A DNA stretch of 64,000 nt, taken from positions 11,966,001-12,030,000 of the forward strand of contig OZ024742.1 of the NCBI GenBank assembly GCA_964016885.1. Direction: 5' to 3'. The stretch comes from Eledone cirrhosa (lineage: Eukaryota). The notes beneath the pieces were generated by a model. The model was not told where the DNA came from. It worked only from the letters and a program-made list of their open reading frames with translations, and searched no databases. Position 1 is the stretch's first letter; every line of letters starts with the position of its first letter. Of this stretch, positions 38,750-55,300 are shown piece by piece. A program made the position numbers and the translations under genes.

Positions 38750-39633
38750 TCAGTTTGAATCCCTAAAACTCGAGAACCACCCAACCGACTGTTTTCAAAC
38801 TTTACACATATAATACTTATGTTTCAGGGAGTGTTCTGAGCAAAACTAATTTCAAATGTTCAATGCCCTAGGGACCGCATTAGGCGATTTAACGATCTCA
38901 CTCTATAATTCTTAGTCTTTCGCTTTTTAGATAGATACATACATATAACGTCGCGTCCTTATAATATCTGTCTGTACGTCTGCTGTCTGCATTACGTCAC
39001 TTGCCTGAGGATGGCAGTGTGTGTGTGTGTGTCTGAGTTTGAATCCCTAAAACTTGAGAAGTACCCAACCGACTTTTTTCAAACTTTACATGTGTATTAG
39101 TTATGTTTCAGGGAGTGGTATGCACATAAAAGAATTCAACTTTTTGATCCCCTAGGGCCGGCATTAGTTGAAAAACTGCGTTTTTTCAGGTTTTTAGGTT
39201 TTTTTTTAGTCGTTACATCAGACTGATTTCCTTGAAATTGTAACTATGTATTAGTCAGTCTCTTCTTCATACCGTGAGCAAATAAAATCCAACTTTGTTA
39301 TGGCCTAGGGCACGCATTAGGTCTAAAATGTCATTTTATCACCTCTTTAGGGCTTTTTTGAGGCGTTACGTCTAGCCGATTTTCCTGAAATTTCAAGGCA
39401 TATTATGCACATTAAAAAAAATTCATTTTCTTGATCCCCTAGGGCCCGCATTAGGTGAAAACCTGCATTTTTCCTGCTTCATCGAGGAAAATCTTAAAGA
39501 TTATCCAGCCATCAGAGTATTCAGTTTATTTTCTTTAGATATTGTCCACGCATGCAGTTTTTCCACGATTAGGTCTATTGGCGGCTCGCGTTCCAAAATA
39601 CCTTATCACGTGCAACGCCGGGTACCACTGCTA

Positions 39634-39634
<1 letters not shown>
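38750..39634 (+). mobile_element. Non-autonomous Helitron-like element (TC at 38956 to CTAG at 39634) with an upstream partial duplicate
   Basis: 5' TCCTTATAATA followed by (GTCT)-like repeats. Internal repeats CCCTAGGG..GCATTAG and CCGA..TTTTC..AAA. 3' GCAACGCCGGGTACCACTG-CTAG followed by T. 38752-38885 duplicates 39037-39170. Confidence 0.65.
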
Positions 39635-39703
<69 letters not shown>

Positions 39704-40061
39704 GATGAATAAGTTGGGTATAATACCAGTTTCTTACCAAATGGGAAGAAGCTCGATATATTAACCCCATAGGAAAGGACACAGTGCATAGCTTTGTCGT
39801 TTAATTGTATATACTACTTGGATATGTGCTACAATTTATGTACATGTTTTGTTTATCGCATATCGAAGTTTTCTGACCCATTTTAGAGTAGAGAGCTAAA
39901 CTAATCACTAGAACTAGATTGTCCAAATTTGTCCCCCCCCCCCCAATTCAGAAATGATTCCACCATCACCCGTCACCCCCCCTCCTGATATTGGGGAAGA
40001 ATTAGATATAGACTTATCATAACATGTGTCAAAGTAGATTATAATTAATATATTATCGTTA

Positions 40062-40321
40062 AGGAGGGATAGAGAGAGAGAGAGAAGAGATAACTATATA
40101 TAGAGAGACAATGATAAAGAACAAGAGAGAGAGGGAGAAAAGGAGAGAGAGAGGGAGAGACGGAGAGAGACGGAGAAGGAAAGAGAGGGTGATAGAGAGA
40201 GACGGAGAAAGAAAGGGAGTGTGGTAGAGAGAGACGGAGAAGGAAAGAGAGAGAGAGAAAGAGAGAGACGGAGAAGGAAAGGGAGGGAGAAACAGAGAGA
40301 GAGACGGAGAAGGAAAGAGAA
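40062..40321. repeat. GA-rich low-complexity tract bordering the satellite
   Basis: GAGAGACGGAGAAGGAAA-type units. Confidence 0.85.
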
Positions 40322-40379
40322 TGATGTTCTCTTCAGTCAAGGTTTTGTTATTTTCGTCTGAGATGGCAACATTCTTGAT

Positions 40380-43300
40380 CGAGATAGAGATATGTTGACA
40401 GTTGAGATGTGATAGAGATAGAGATATGTTGACAGTTGAGATGTGATAGATATAGAGATAGGTTGACAGTTGAGATGTGATAGAGATAGAGATATGTTGA
40501 GAGTTGAGATATGATAGAGATGGAGATATGTTGACAGTTGAGATGTGATAGAGATATGTTGACAGTTGAGATGTGATAGAGATAGAGATATGTTTACAGT
40601 TGAGATGTGATAGAGATGGAGATATGTTGACAGTTGAGATGTGATAGAGATATGTTGACAGTTGAGATGTGATAGAGATAGAGATATGTTGACAGTTGAT
40701 ATGTGATAGATATAGAGATATGTTGACAGTTAGATGTGATAGAGATAGAGATATGTTGACAGTTGAGATGTGATAAAGATAGAGATATGTTGACAGTTGA
40801 GATGTGATAGATATAGAGATATGTTGACAGTTGCGATGTGATAGATATAGAGATATGTTGACAGGTGAGATGTGATAGAGATAGAGATATGTTGACAGTT
40901 GATAGGTGATAGATATAGCGATATGTTGACAGTTGAGATGTGATAGAAATAGAGAGATGTTGACAGTTGATAAGTGATAGATATAGCGATATGTTGACAG
41001 TTGAGATATGATAGAGATAGAGATATGTTGACATTTGAGATGTGATAGAGATAGAGATATGTTGACAGTTGAGATGTGATAGAGATAGAGATATGTTGAC
41101 ATTTGAGATGTGATGGAGATGGAGATATGTTGACAGTTGAGATGTGATAGAGATATGTTGACAGTTGAGATGTGATAGAGATAGAGATATGTTTACAGTT
41201 GAGATGTGATAGAGATGGAGATATGTTGATAGTTGAGATGTGATAGAGATATGTTGACAGTTGAGATGTGATAGAGATAGAGATATGTTGACAGTTGATA
41301 TGTGATAGATATAGAGATATGTTGACAGTTAGATGTGATAGAGATAGAGATATGTTGACAGTTGAGATGTGATAAAGATAGAGATATATTGACAGTTGAG
41401 ATGTGATAGATATAGAGATATGTTGACAGTTGCGATGTGATAGATATAGAGATATGTTGACAGGTGAGATGTGATAGAGATAGAGATATGTTGACAGTTG
41501 ATAGGTGATAGATATAGCGATATGTTGACAGTTGAGATGTGATAGAAATAGAGAGATGTTGACAGTTGATAAGTGATAGATATAGCGATATGTTGACAGT
41601 TGAGATATGATAGAGATAGAGATATGTTGACAGTTGAGATGTGATAGAGATAGAGATATGTTGACAGTTGAGATGTGATAGAGATAGAGATATGTTGACA
41701 GTTGAGATGTGATAGAGATAGAGATTTGTTGACAGTTGAGATGTGATAGAGATAGAGATATGTTGACAGTTGAGATGTGATAGATATAGAGATATGTTGA
41801 CAATTGTGATGTGATAGATATAGAGATATGTTGACAGTTGAGATGTGATAGAGATATGTTGACAGTTGAGATTTGATAGAGATATAGATATCTTGACAGT
41901 TGAGATGTGATAGAGATATGTTGACAGTTGAGATGTGATCGAGATAGAGATATGTTGACAGTTGATAAGTGATAGAGATGGAGATATGTTGACAGTTGAA
42001 ATGTGATAGAGGTAGAGATATGTTGACAGTTGAGATGTGATAGAGATAGATATATGTGGACAGTTGATATGTGATAGATATAGAGATATGTTGACAGTTA
42101 GATGTGATAGAGATAGAGATATGTTGACAGTTGAGATGTGATAGATATAGAGATATGTTGACAGTTGAGATGTGATAGAGATAGAGATATGTTGACAGTT
42201 GATATCTGATAGATATAGAGATATATTGACAGTTGAGATGTGATAGATATAGAGATATGTTGACAGTTGAGATATGAGAGAGATGGAGATATGTTGACAG
42301 TTGAGATGTGATAGAGATGGAGATATGTTGACAGTTGATATGTGATAGATATAGAGATATGTTGACAGTTGAGATGTGATAGAGATGTGTTGACAGTTGA
42401 GATGTGATAGAGATATAGATATATTGACAGTTGAGATGTGATAGAGATATGTTGACAGTTGAGATGTGATCGAGATAGAGATATGTTGACAGTTGATAAG
42501 TGATAGAGATGGAGATATGTTGACAGTTGAAATGTGATAGAGGTAGAGATATGTTGACAGTTGAGATGTGATAGAGATAGATATATGTGGACAGTTGATA
42601 TGTGATAGATATAGAGATATGTTGACAGTTGAGATGTGATAGAGATAGAGATATGTTGACAGTTGATATCTGATAGATATAGAGATATATTGACAGTTGA
42701 GATGTGATAGATATAGAGATATGTTGACAGTTGAGATGTGATAGGGATAGATATATGTTGACAGTTGAGATGTGATAGAGATAGAGATATGTTGACAGTT
42801 GAGATGTGATAGAGATAGAGATATGTTGACAGTTGATATGTGACAGATATAGAGATATGTTGACAGTTAGATGTGATAGAGATAGAGATATGTTGAGAGT
42901 TGAGATGTGATAAAGACAGAGATATGTTGACAGTTGAGATGTGATAGAGATAGAGATATGTTGACAGTTGAGATGTGATAGAGATAGAGATATGTTGACA
43001 GTTGAGATGTGATAGAGATATGTTGACAGTTGAGATTTGATATATATAGAGATATCTTGACAGTTGAGATGTGATAGATATAGAGATATGTTGACAGTTG
43101 AGATGTGAGAGATATAGAGATATGTTGACAGTTGACATGTGATAGAGATATGTAGACAGTTGAGATGTGATAGAGATAGAGATATCTTGACAGTTGAGAT
43201 GTGATAGAGATATGTTGACAATTGAGATGTGATAGGGATAGAGATATGTTGACAGTTGAGATGTGATAGATATAGAGATAGGTTGACAGTTGAGATGTGA

Positions 43301-46300
43301 TAGAGATAGAGATATGTTGACAGTTGAGATATGATAGAGATGGAGATATGTTGACAGTTGACATGTGATAGAGATATGTTGACAGTTGAGATGTGATCGA
43401 GATAGAGATATGTTGACAGTTGATAAGTGATAGAGATGGAGATATGTTGACAGTTGAAATGTGATAGAGGTAGAGATATGTTGACAGTTGAGATGTGATA
43501 GAGATAGATATATGTGGACAGTTGATATGTGATAGATATAGAGATATGTTGACAGTTAGATGTGATAGAGATAGAGATATGTTGACAGTTGAGATGTGAT
43601 AGATATAGAGATATGTTGACAGTTGAGATGTGATAGAGATAGAGATATGTTGACAGTTGATATCTGATAGATATAGAGATATATTGACAGTTGAGATGTG
43701 ATAGATATAGAGATATGTTGACAGTTGAGATATGATAGAGATGGAGATATGTTGACAGTTGAGATGTGATAGAGATGGAGATATGTTGACAGTTGATAAG
43801 TGATAGATATAGAGATATGTTGACAGTTGAGATGTGATAGAGATATGTTGACAGTTGAGATGTGATAGAGATATAGATATCTTGACAGTTGAGATGTGAT
43901 AGAGATATGTTGACAGTTGAGATGTGATCGAGATAGAGATATGTTGACAGTTGATAAGTGATAGAGATGGAGATATGTTGACAGTTGAAATGTGATAGAG
44001 GTACAGATATGTTGACAGTTGAGATGTGATAGAGATAGATATATGTGGACAGTTGATATGTGATAGATATAGAGATATGTTGACAGTTAGATGTGATAGG
44101 GATAGAGATATGTTGACAGTTGAGATGTGATAGAGATAGAGATATGTTGACAGTTGAGATGTGATGGAGATAGAGATATGTGGACAGTTGATATCTGATA
44201 GATATAGAGATATATTGACAGTTGAGATGTGATAGATATAGAGATATGTTGACAGTTGAGATGTGATAGGGATAGAGATATGTTGACAGTTGAGATGTGA
44301 TAGAGATAGAGATATGTTGACAGTTGAGATGTGATAGAGATAGAGATATGTTGACAGTTGATATGTGATAGATATAGAGATATGTTGAGAGTTGAGATGT
44401 GATAGAGATAGAGATATGTTGACAGTTGAGATGTGATAGAGATATGTTGACAGTTGAGATGTGATATATATAGAGATATCTTGACAGTTGAGATGTGATA
44501 GATATAGAGATATGTTGACAGTTGAGATGTGAGAGATATAGAGATATGTTGACAGTTGACATGTGATAGAGATATGTAGACAGTTGAGATGTGATAGAGA
44601 TAGAGATATCTTGACAGTTGAGATGTGATAGAGATAGAGATATCTTGACAGTTGAAATGTGATAGAGATATGTTGACAGTTGAGATGTGATAGGGATAGA
44701 GATATGTTGACAGTTGAGATGTGATAGATATAGAGATAGGTTGACAGTTGAGATCTGATAGAGATAGAGATATGTTGACAGTTGAGATATGATAGAGATG
44801 GAGATATGTTGACAGTTGACATGTGATAGAGATATGTTGACAGTTGAGATGTGATAGAGATAGAGATATGTTTACAGTTGAGATGTGATATAGATATGTT
44901 GACAGTTGAGATGTGATAGAGATAGAGATATGTTAACAGTTGAGATGTGATAGAGATAGAGATATGTTGACAGTTGAGATGTGATAGAGAAAGAGATATG
45001 TTGACAGTTGAGATGTGATAGATATAGAGATATGTTGACAGTTGAGATGTGATAGATATAGAGATATGTTGACAGTTGAGATGTGATAGATATAGAGATA
45101 GGTTGACAGTTGAGATGTGATAGAGATAGAGATATGTTGGCAGTTGAGATATGATAGAGATGGAGATATGTTGACAGTTGACATGTGATAGAGATATGTT
45201 GACAGTTGAGATGTGATAGAGATAGAGATATGTTTACAGTTGAGATGTGATAGAGATGGAGATATGTTGACAGTTGAGATGTGATAGAGATATGTTGACA
45301 GTTGAGATGTGATAGAGATAGAGATATGTTGACAGTTGATATGTGATAGATATAGAGATATGTTGACAGTTGATATGTGATAGATATAGAGATATGTTGA
45401 CAGTTAGATGTGATAGAGATAGAGATATGTTGACAGTTGAGATGTGATAAAGATAGAGATATGTTGACAGTTGAGATGTGATAGATATAGAGATATGTTG
45501 ACAGTTGCGATGTGATAGATATAGAGATATGTTGACAGGTGAGATGTGATAGAGATAGAGATATGTTGACAGTTGATAGGTGATAGATATAGCGATATGT
45601 TGACAGTTGAGATGTGATAGAAATAGAGAGATGTTGACAGTTGATAAGTGATAGATATAGCGATATGTTGACAGTTGAGATATGATAGAGATAGATATGT
45701 GTTGACAGTTGAGATGTGATAGAGATAGAGATATGTTGACAGTTGAGATGTGATAGAGATAGAGATATGTTGACAGTTGAGATGTGATAGAGATAGAGAT
45801 TTGTTGACAGTTGAGATGTGATAGAGATATGTTGACAGGTGAGATGTGATCGAGATAGAGATATGTTGACAGTTGATAAGTGATAGAGATGGAGATATGT
45901 TGACAGTTGAAATGTGATAGAGGTAGAGATATGTTGACAGTTGAGATGTGATAGAGATAGATATATGTGGACAGTTGATATGTGATAGATATAGAGATAT
46001 GTTGACAGTTAGATGTGATAGAGATAGAGATATGTTGACAGTTGAGATGTGATAGATATAGAGATATGTTGACAGTTGAGATGTGATAGAGATAGAGATA
46101 TGTTGACAGTTGATATCTGATAGATATAGAGATATATTGACAGTTGAGATGTGATAGATATAGAGATATGTTGACAGTTGAGATATGATAGAGATGGAGA
46201 TATGTTGACAGTTGAGATGTGATAGAGATGGAGATATGTTGACAGTTGATAAGTGATAGATATAGAGATATGTTGACAGTTGAGATGTGATAGAGATATG

Positions 46301-49300
46301 TTGACAGTTGAGATGTGATAGAGATATAGATATCTTGACAGTTGAGATGTGATAGAGATATGTTGACAGTTGAGATGTGATCGAGATAGAGATATGTTGA
46401 CAGTTGATAAGTGATAGAGATGGAGATATGTTGACAGTTGAAATGTGATAGAGGTACAGATATGTTGACAGTTGAGATGTGATAGAGATAGATATATGTG
46501 GACAGTTGATATGTGATAGATATAGAGATATGTTGACAGTTAGATGTGATAGGGATAGAGATATGTTGACAGTTGAGATGTGATAGAGATAGAGATATGT
46601 TGACAGTTGAGATGTGATGGAGATAGAGATATGTGGACAGTTGATATCTGATAGATATAGAGATATATTGACAGTTGAGATGTGATAGATATAGAGATAT
46701 GTTGACAGTTGAGATGTGATAGGGATAGAGATATGTTGACAGTTGAGATGTGATAGAGATAGAGATATGTTGACAGTTGAGATGTGATAGAGATAGAGAT
46801 ATGTTGACAGTTGATATGTGATAGATATAGAGATATGTTGAGAGTTGAGATGTGATAGAGATAGAGATATGTTGACAGTTGAGATGTGATAGAGATATGT
46901 TGACAGTTGAGATGTGATATATATAGAGATATCTTGACAGTTGAGATGTGATAGATATAGAGATATGTTGACAGTTGAGATGTGAGAGATATAGAGATAT
47001 GTTGACAGTTGACATGTGATAGAGATATGTAGACAGTTGAGATGTGATAGAGATAGAGATATCTTGACAGTTGAGATGTGATAGAGATAGAGATATCTTG
47101 ACAGTTGAAATGTGATAGAGATATGTTGACAGTTGAGATGTGATAGGGATAGAGATATGTTGACAGTTGAGATGTGATAGATATAGAGATAGGTTGACAG
47201 TTGAGATCTGATAGAGATAGAGATATGTTGACAGTTGAGATATGATAGAGATGGAGATATGTTGACAGTTGACATGTGATAGAGATATGTTGACAGTTGA
47301 GATGTGATAGAGATAGAGATATGTTTACAGTTGAGATGTGATATAGATATGTTGACAGTTGAGATGTGATAGAGATAGAGATATGTTAACAGTTGAGATG
47401 TGATAGAGATAGAGATATGTTGACAGTTGAGATGTGATAGAGAAAGAGATATGTTGACAGTTGAGATGTGATAGATATAGAGATATGTTGACAGTTGAGA
47501 TGTGATAGATATAGAGATATGTTGACAGTTGAGATGTGATAGATATAGAGATAGGTTGACAGTTGAGATGTGATAGAGATAGAGATATGTTGGCAGTTGA
47601 GATATGATAGAGATGGAGATATGTTGACAGTTGACATGTGATAGAGATATGTTGACAGTTGAGATGTGATAGAGATAGAGATATGTTTACAGTTGAGATG
47701 TGATAGAGATGGAGATATGTTGACAGTTGAGATGTGATAGAGATATGTTGACAGTTGAGATGTGATAGAGATAGAGATATGTTGACAGTTGATATGTGAT
47801 AGATATAGAGATATGTTGACAGTTGATATGTGATAGATATAGAGATATGTTGACAGTTAGATGTGATAGAGATAGAGATATGTTGACAGTTGAGATGTGA
47901 TAAAGATAGAGATATGTTGACAGTTGAGATGTGATAGATATAGAGATATGTTGACAGTTGCGATGTGATAGATATAGAGATATGTTGACAGGTGAGATGT
48001 GATAGAGATAGAGATATGTTGACAGTTGATAGGTGATAGATATAGCGATATGTTGACAGTTGAGATGTGATAGAAATAGAGAGATGTTGACAGTTGATAA
48101 GTGATAGATATAGCGATATGTTGACAGTTGAGATATGATAGAGATAGATATGTGTTGACAGTTGAGATGTGATAGAGATAGAGATATGTTGACAGTTGAG
48201 ATGTGATAGAGATAGAGATATGTTGACAGTTGAGATGTGATAGAGATAGAGATTTGTTGACAGTTGAGATGTGATAGAGATATGTTGACAGGTGAGATGT
48301 GATAGAGATAGAGATATGTTGACAGTTGATAGGTGATAGATATAGCGATATGTTGACAGTTGCGATGTGACAGATATAGAGATATGTTGACAGTTGAGAT
48401 GTGATAGGGATAGAGATATGTTGACAGTTGAGATGTGATGGAGATAGAGATATGTGGACAGTTGATATCTGATAGATATAGAGATATATTGACAGTTGAG
48501 ATGTGATAGATATAGAGATATGTTGACAGTTGAGATGTGATAGGGATAGAGATATGTTGACAGTTGAGATGTGATAGAGATAGAGATATGTTGACAGTTG
48601 ATATGTGATAGATATAGAGATATGTTGAGAGTTGAGATGTGATAGAGATAGAGATATGTTGACAGTTGAGATGTGATAGAGATATGTTGACAGTTGAGAT
48701 GTGATATATATAGAGATATCTTGACAGTTGAGATGTGATAGATATAGAGATATGCTGACAGTTGAGATGTGAGAGATATAGAGATATGTTGACAGTTGAC
48801 ATGTGATAGAGATATGTAGACAGTTGAGATGTGATAGAGATAGAGATATCTTGACAGTTGAGATGTGATAGAGATAGAGATATCTTGACAGTTGAGATGT
48901 GATAGAGATATGTTGACAGTTGAGATGTGATAGGGATAGAGATATGTTGACAGTTGAGATGTGATAGATATAGAGATAGGTTGACAGTTGAGATCTGATA
49001 GAGATAGAGATATGTTGACAGTTGAGATATGATAGAGATGGAGATATGTTGACAGTTGACATGTGATAGAGATATGTTGACAGTTGAGATGTGATAGAGA
49101 TAGAGATATGTTTACAGTTGAGATGTGATATAGATATGTTGACAGTTGAGATGTGATAGAGATAGAGATATGTTAACAGTTGAGATGTGATAGAGATAGA
49201 GATATGTTGACAGTTGAGATGTGATAGAGAAAGAGATATGTTGACAGTTGAGATGTGATAGATATAGAGATATGTTGACAGTTGAGATGTGATAGATATA

Positions 49301-52300
49301 GTGATATGTTGACAGTTGAGATGTGATAGATATAGAGATAGGTTGACAGTTGAGATGTGATAGAGATAGAGATATGTTGACAGTTGAGATATGATAGAGA
49401 TGGAGATATGTTGACAGTTGACATGTGATAGAGATATGTTGACAGTTGAGATGTATTAGAGATAGAGATATGTTTACAGTTGAGATGTGATAGAGATGGA
49501 GATATGTTGACAGTTGAGATGTGATAGAGATATGTTGACAGTTGAGATGTGATAGAGATAGAGATATGTTGACAGTTGATATGTGATAGATATAGAGATA
49601 TGTTGACAGTTGATATGTGATAGATATAGAGATATGTTGACAGTTAGATGTGATAGAGATAGAGATATGTTGACAGTTGAGATGTGATAAAGATAGAGAT
49701 ATGTTGACAGTTGAGATGTGATAGATATAGAGATATGTTGACAGTTGCGATGTGATAGATATAGAGATATGTTGACAGGTGAGATGTGATAGAGATAGAG
49801 ATATGTTGACAGTTGATAGGTGATAGATATAGCGATATGTTGACAGTTGAGATGTGATAGAAATAGAGAGATGTTGACAGTTGATAAGTGATAGATATAG
49901 CGATATGTTGACAGTTGAGATATGATAGAGATAGAGATGTGTTGACAGTTGAGATGTGATAGAGATAGAGATATGTTGACAGTTGAGATGTGATAGAGAT
50001 AGAGATATGTTGACAGTTGAGATGTGATAGAGATAGAGATTTGTTGACAGTTGAGATGTGATAGAGATATGGTGACAGGTGAGATGTGATAGAGATAGAG
50101 ATATGTTGACAGTTGATAGGTGATAGATATAGCGATATGTTGACAGTTGCGATGTGACAGATATAGAGATATGTTGACAGTTGATATCTGATAGATATAG
50201 AGATATATTGACAGTTGAGATGTGATAGATATAGAGATATGTTGACAGTTGAGATGTGATAGGGATAGAGATATGTTGACAGTTGAGATGTGATAGAGAT
50301 AGAGATATGTTGACAGTTGAGATGTGATAGATATAGAGATATGTTGACAGTTGAGATGTGATAGATATAGAGATATGTTGACAATTGTGATGTGATAGAT
50401 ATAGAGATATGTTGACAGTTGAGATGTGATAGAGATATGTTGACAGTTGAGATGTGATAGAGATATAGATATCTTGACAGTTGAGATGTGATAGAGATAT
50501 GTTGACAGTTGAGATGTAATTGAGATAGAGATATGTTGACAGTTGAGATGTGATAGATATAGAGATATGTTGACAGTTTAGATATGATAGAGATGGAGAT
50601 ATGTTAACAGTTGATAAGTGATAGATATAGAGATATGTTGACAGTTGAGATGTGATCGAGATAGAGATATGTTGACAGTTGATAAGTGATAGAGATGGAG
50701 ATATGTTGACAGTTTAAATGTGATAGAGATAGAGATATGTTGACAGTTGAGATGTGATAGAGATAGATATATGTGGACAGTTGATATGTGATAGATATAG
50801 AGATATGTTGACAGTTAGATGTGATAGAGATAGAGATATGTTGACAGTTGAGATGTGATAGAGATAGAGATATGTTGACAGTTGAGATGTGATAGAGATA
50901 GAGATATGTTGACAGTTTATATCTGATAGATATAGAGATATATTGACAGTTGAGATGTGATAGATATAGAGATATATTGACAGTTGAGATATGATAGAGA
51001 TGGAGATATGTTGACAGTTGATAAGTGATAGATATAGAGATATGTTGACAGTTGAGATGTGATAGGGATAGAGATATGTTGACAGTTGAGATGTGATAGA
51101 GATATGTTGACAGTTGAGATGTCATAGAGATAGAGATATGTTGACAGTTGATATGTGATAGATATAGAGATATGTTGACAGTTAGATGTGATAGAGATAG
51201 AGATATGTTGAGAGTTGAGATGTGATAAAGACAGAGATATGTTGACAGTTGAGATGTGATAGAGATAGAGATATGTTGACAGTTGAGATGTGATAGAGAT
51301 AGAGATATGTTGACAGTTGAGATGTGATAGAGATATGTTGACAGTTGAGTTGTGATATATATAGAGATATGTTGACAGTTGAGATGTGATAGATATAGAG
51401 ATATGTTGACAGTTGAGATGTGAGAGATATAGAGATATGTTGACAGTTGAGATGTGATAGAGATATGTAGACAGTTGAGATGTGATAGAGATAGAGATAT
51501 CTTGACAGTTGAGATGTGATAGAGATAGAGATATCTTGACAGTTGAGATGTGATAGAGATAGAGATATCTTGACAGTTGAGATGTGATAGAGATATGTTG
51601 ACAGTTGAGATGTGATAGGGATAGAGATGTGTTGACAGTTGATATGTGATAGAGATAGAGATATGTTGACAGTTGAGATGTGATAGAGATATGTTGACAG
51701 TTGAGATGTGATAGAGATAGAGATATGTTGACAGTTGAGATGTGATAGAGATAGAGATATGTTGACAGTTGAGATGTGATAGATATAGAGATATGTTGAC
51801 AGTTGAGATATGATAGCGATGGAGATATGTTGACAGTTGAGATGTGATAGAGATATGTTGACAGTTGAGATGTGATAGAGTTAGAAATATGTTGACAGTT
51901 GAGATGTGATAGATATAGAGATATGTTGACAGTTGAGATGTGATAAAGATAGAGATATGTTGACAGTTGAGATGTGATAGAGATAGAGATATGTTGACAG
52001 TTGAGATATGATAGCGATGGAGATATGTTGACAGTTGAGATGTGATATAGATATAGAGATAGGTTGACAGTTGAGATCTGATAGAGATAGAGATATGTTG
52101 ACAGTTGAGATATGATAGAGATGGAGATATGTTGACAGTTGACATGTGATAGAGATATGTTGACAGTTGAGATGTGATAGAGATAGAGATATGTTTACAG
52201 TTGAGATGTGATATAGATATGTTGACAGTTGAGATGTGATAGAGATAGAGATATGTTAACAGTTGAGATGTGATAGAGATAGAGATATGTTGACAGTTGA

Positions 52301-55300
52301 GATGTGATAGAGAAAGAGATATGTTGACAGTTGAGATGTGATAGATATAGAGATATGTTGACAGTTGAGATGTGATAGATATAGAGATATGTTGACAGTT
52401 GAGATGTGATAGATATAGAGATAGGTTGACAGTTGAGATGTGATAGAGATAGAGATATGTTGGCAGTTGAGATATGATAGAGATGGAGATATGTTGACAG
52501 TTGACATGTGATAGAGATATGTTGACAGTTGAGATGTGATAGAGATAGAGATATGTTTACAGTTGAGATGTGATAGAGATGGAGATATGTTGACAGTTGA
52601 GATGTGATAGAGATATGTTGACAGTTGAGATGTGATAGAGATAGAGATATGTTGACAGTTGATATGTGATAGATATAGAGATATGTTGACAGTTGATATG
52701 TGATAGATATAGAGATATGTTGACAGTTAGATGTGATAGAGATAGAGATATGTTGACAGTTGAGATGTGATAAAGATAGAGATATGTTGACAGTTGAGAT
52801 GTGATAGATATAGAGATATGTTGACAGTTGCGATGTGATAGATATAGAGATATGTTGACAGGTGAGATGTGATAGAGATAGAGATATGTTGACAGTTGAT
52901 AGGTGATAGATATAGCGATATGTTGACAGTTGAGATGTGATAGAAATAGAGAGATGTTGACAGTTGATAAGTGATAGATATAGCGATATGTTGACAGTTG
53001 AGATATGATAGAGATAGAGATGTGTTGACAGTTGAGATGTGATAGAGATAGAGATATGTTGACAGTTGAGATGTGATAGAGATAGAGATATGTTGACAGT
53101 TGAGATGTGATAGAGATAGAGATTTGTTGACAGTTGAGATGTGATAGAGATATGTTGACAGGTGAGATGTGATAGAGATAGAGATATGTTGACAGTTGAT
53201 AGGTGATAGATATAGCGATATGTTGACAGTTGCGATGTGACAGATATAGAGATATGTTGACAGTTGAGATGTGATAGGGATAGAGATATGTTGACAGTTG
53301 AGATGTGATGGAGATAGAGATATGTGGACAGTTGATATCTGATAGATATAGAGATATATTGACAGTTGAGATGTGATAGATATAGAGATATGTTGACAGT
53401 TGAGATGTGATAGGGATAGAGATATGTTGACAGTTGAGATGTGATAGAGATAGAGATATGTTGACAGTTGAGATGTGATAGAGATAGAGATATGTTGACA
53501 GTTGATATGTGATAGATATAGAGATATGTTGAGAGTTGAGATGTGATAGAGATAGAGATATGTTGACAGTTGAGATGTGATAGAGATATGTTGACAGTTG
53601 AGATGTGATATATATAGAGATATCTTGACAGTTGAGATGTGATAGATATAGAGATATGTTGACAGTTGAGATGTGCGAGATATAGAGATATGTTGACAGT
53701 TGACATGTGATAGAGATATGTAGACAGTTGAGATGTGATAGAGATAGAGATATCTTGACAGTTGAGATGTGATAGAGATAGAGATATCTTGACAGTTGAG
53801 ATGTGATAGAGATATGTTGACAGTTGAGATGTGATAGGGATAGAGATATGTTGACAGTTGAGATGTGATAGATATAGAGATAGGTTGACAGTTGAGATCT
53901 GATAGAGATAGAGATATGTTGACAGTTGAGATATGATAGAGATGGAGATATGTTGACAGTTGACATGTGATAGAGATATGTTGACAGTTGAGATGTGATA
54001 GAGATAGAGATATGTTTACAGTTGAGATGTGATATAGATATGTTGACAGTTGAGATGTGATAGAGATAGAGATATGTTAACATTTGAGATGTGATAGAGA
54101 TAGAGATATGTTGACAGTTGAGATGTGATAGAGAAAGAGATATGTTGACAGTTGAGATGTGATAGATATAGAGATATGTTGACAGTTGAGATGTGATAGA
54201 TATAGAGATATGTTGACAGTTGAGATGTGATAGATATAGAGATAGGTTGACAGTTGAGATGTGATAGAGATAGAGATATGTTGACAGTTGAGATATGATA
54301 GAGATGGAGATATGTTGACAGTTGACATGTGATAGAGATATGTTGACAGTTGAGATGTGATAGAGATAGAGATATGTTTACAGTTGAGATGTGATAGAGA
54401 TGGAGATATGTTGACAGTTGAGATGTGATAGAGATATGTTGACAGTTGAGATGTGATAGAGATAGAGATATGTTGACAGTTGATATGTGATAGATATAGA
54501 GATATGTTGACAGTTGATATGTGATAGATATAGAGATATGTTGACAGTTAGATGTGATAGAGATAGAGATATGTTGACAGTTGAGATGTGATAAAGATAG
54601 AGATATGTTGACAGTTGAGATGTGATAGATATAGAGATATGTTGACAGTTGCGATGTGATAGATATAGAGATATGTTGACAGGTGAGATGTGATAGAGAT
54701 AGAGATATGTTGACAGTTGATAGGTGATAGATATAGCGATATGTTGACAGTTGAGATGTGATAGAAATAGAGAGATGTTGACAGTTGATAAGTGATAGAT
54801 ATAGCGATATGTTGACAGTTGAGATATGATAGAGATAGAGATGTGTTGACAGTTGAGATGTGATAGAGATAGAGATATGTTGACAGTTGAGATGTGATAG
54901 AGATAGAGATATGTTGACAGTTGAGATGTGATAGAGATAGAGATTTGTTGACAGTTGAGATGTGATAGAGATATGTTGACAGGTGAGATGTGATAGAGAT
55001 AGAGATATGTTGACAGTTGATAGGTGATAGATATAGCGATATGTTGACAGTTGCGATGTGACAGATATAGAGATATGTTGACAGTTGATATCTGATAGAT
55101 ATAGAGATATATTGACAGTTGAGATGTGATAGATATAGAGATATGTTGACAGTTGAGATGTGATAGGGATAGAGATATGTTGACAGTTGAGATGTGATAG
55201 AGATAGAGATATGTTGACAGTTGAGATGTGATAGATATAGAGATATGTTGACAGTTGAGATGTGATAGATATAGAGATATGTTGACAATTGTGATGTGAT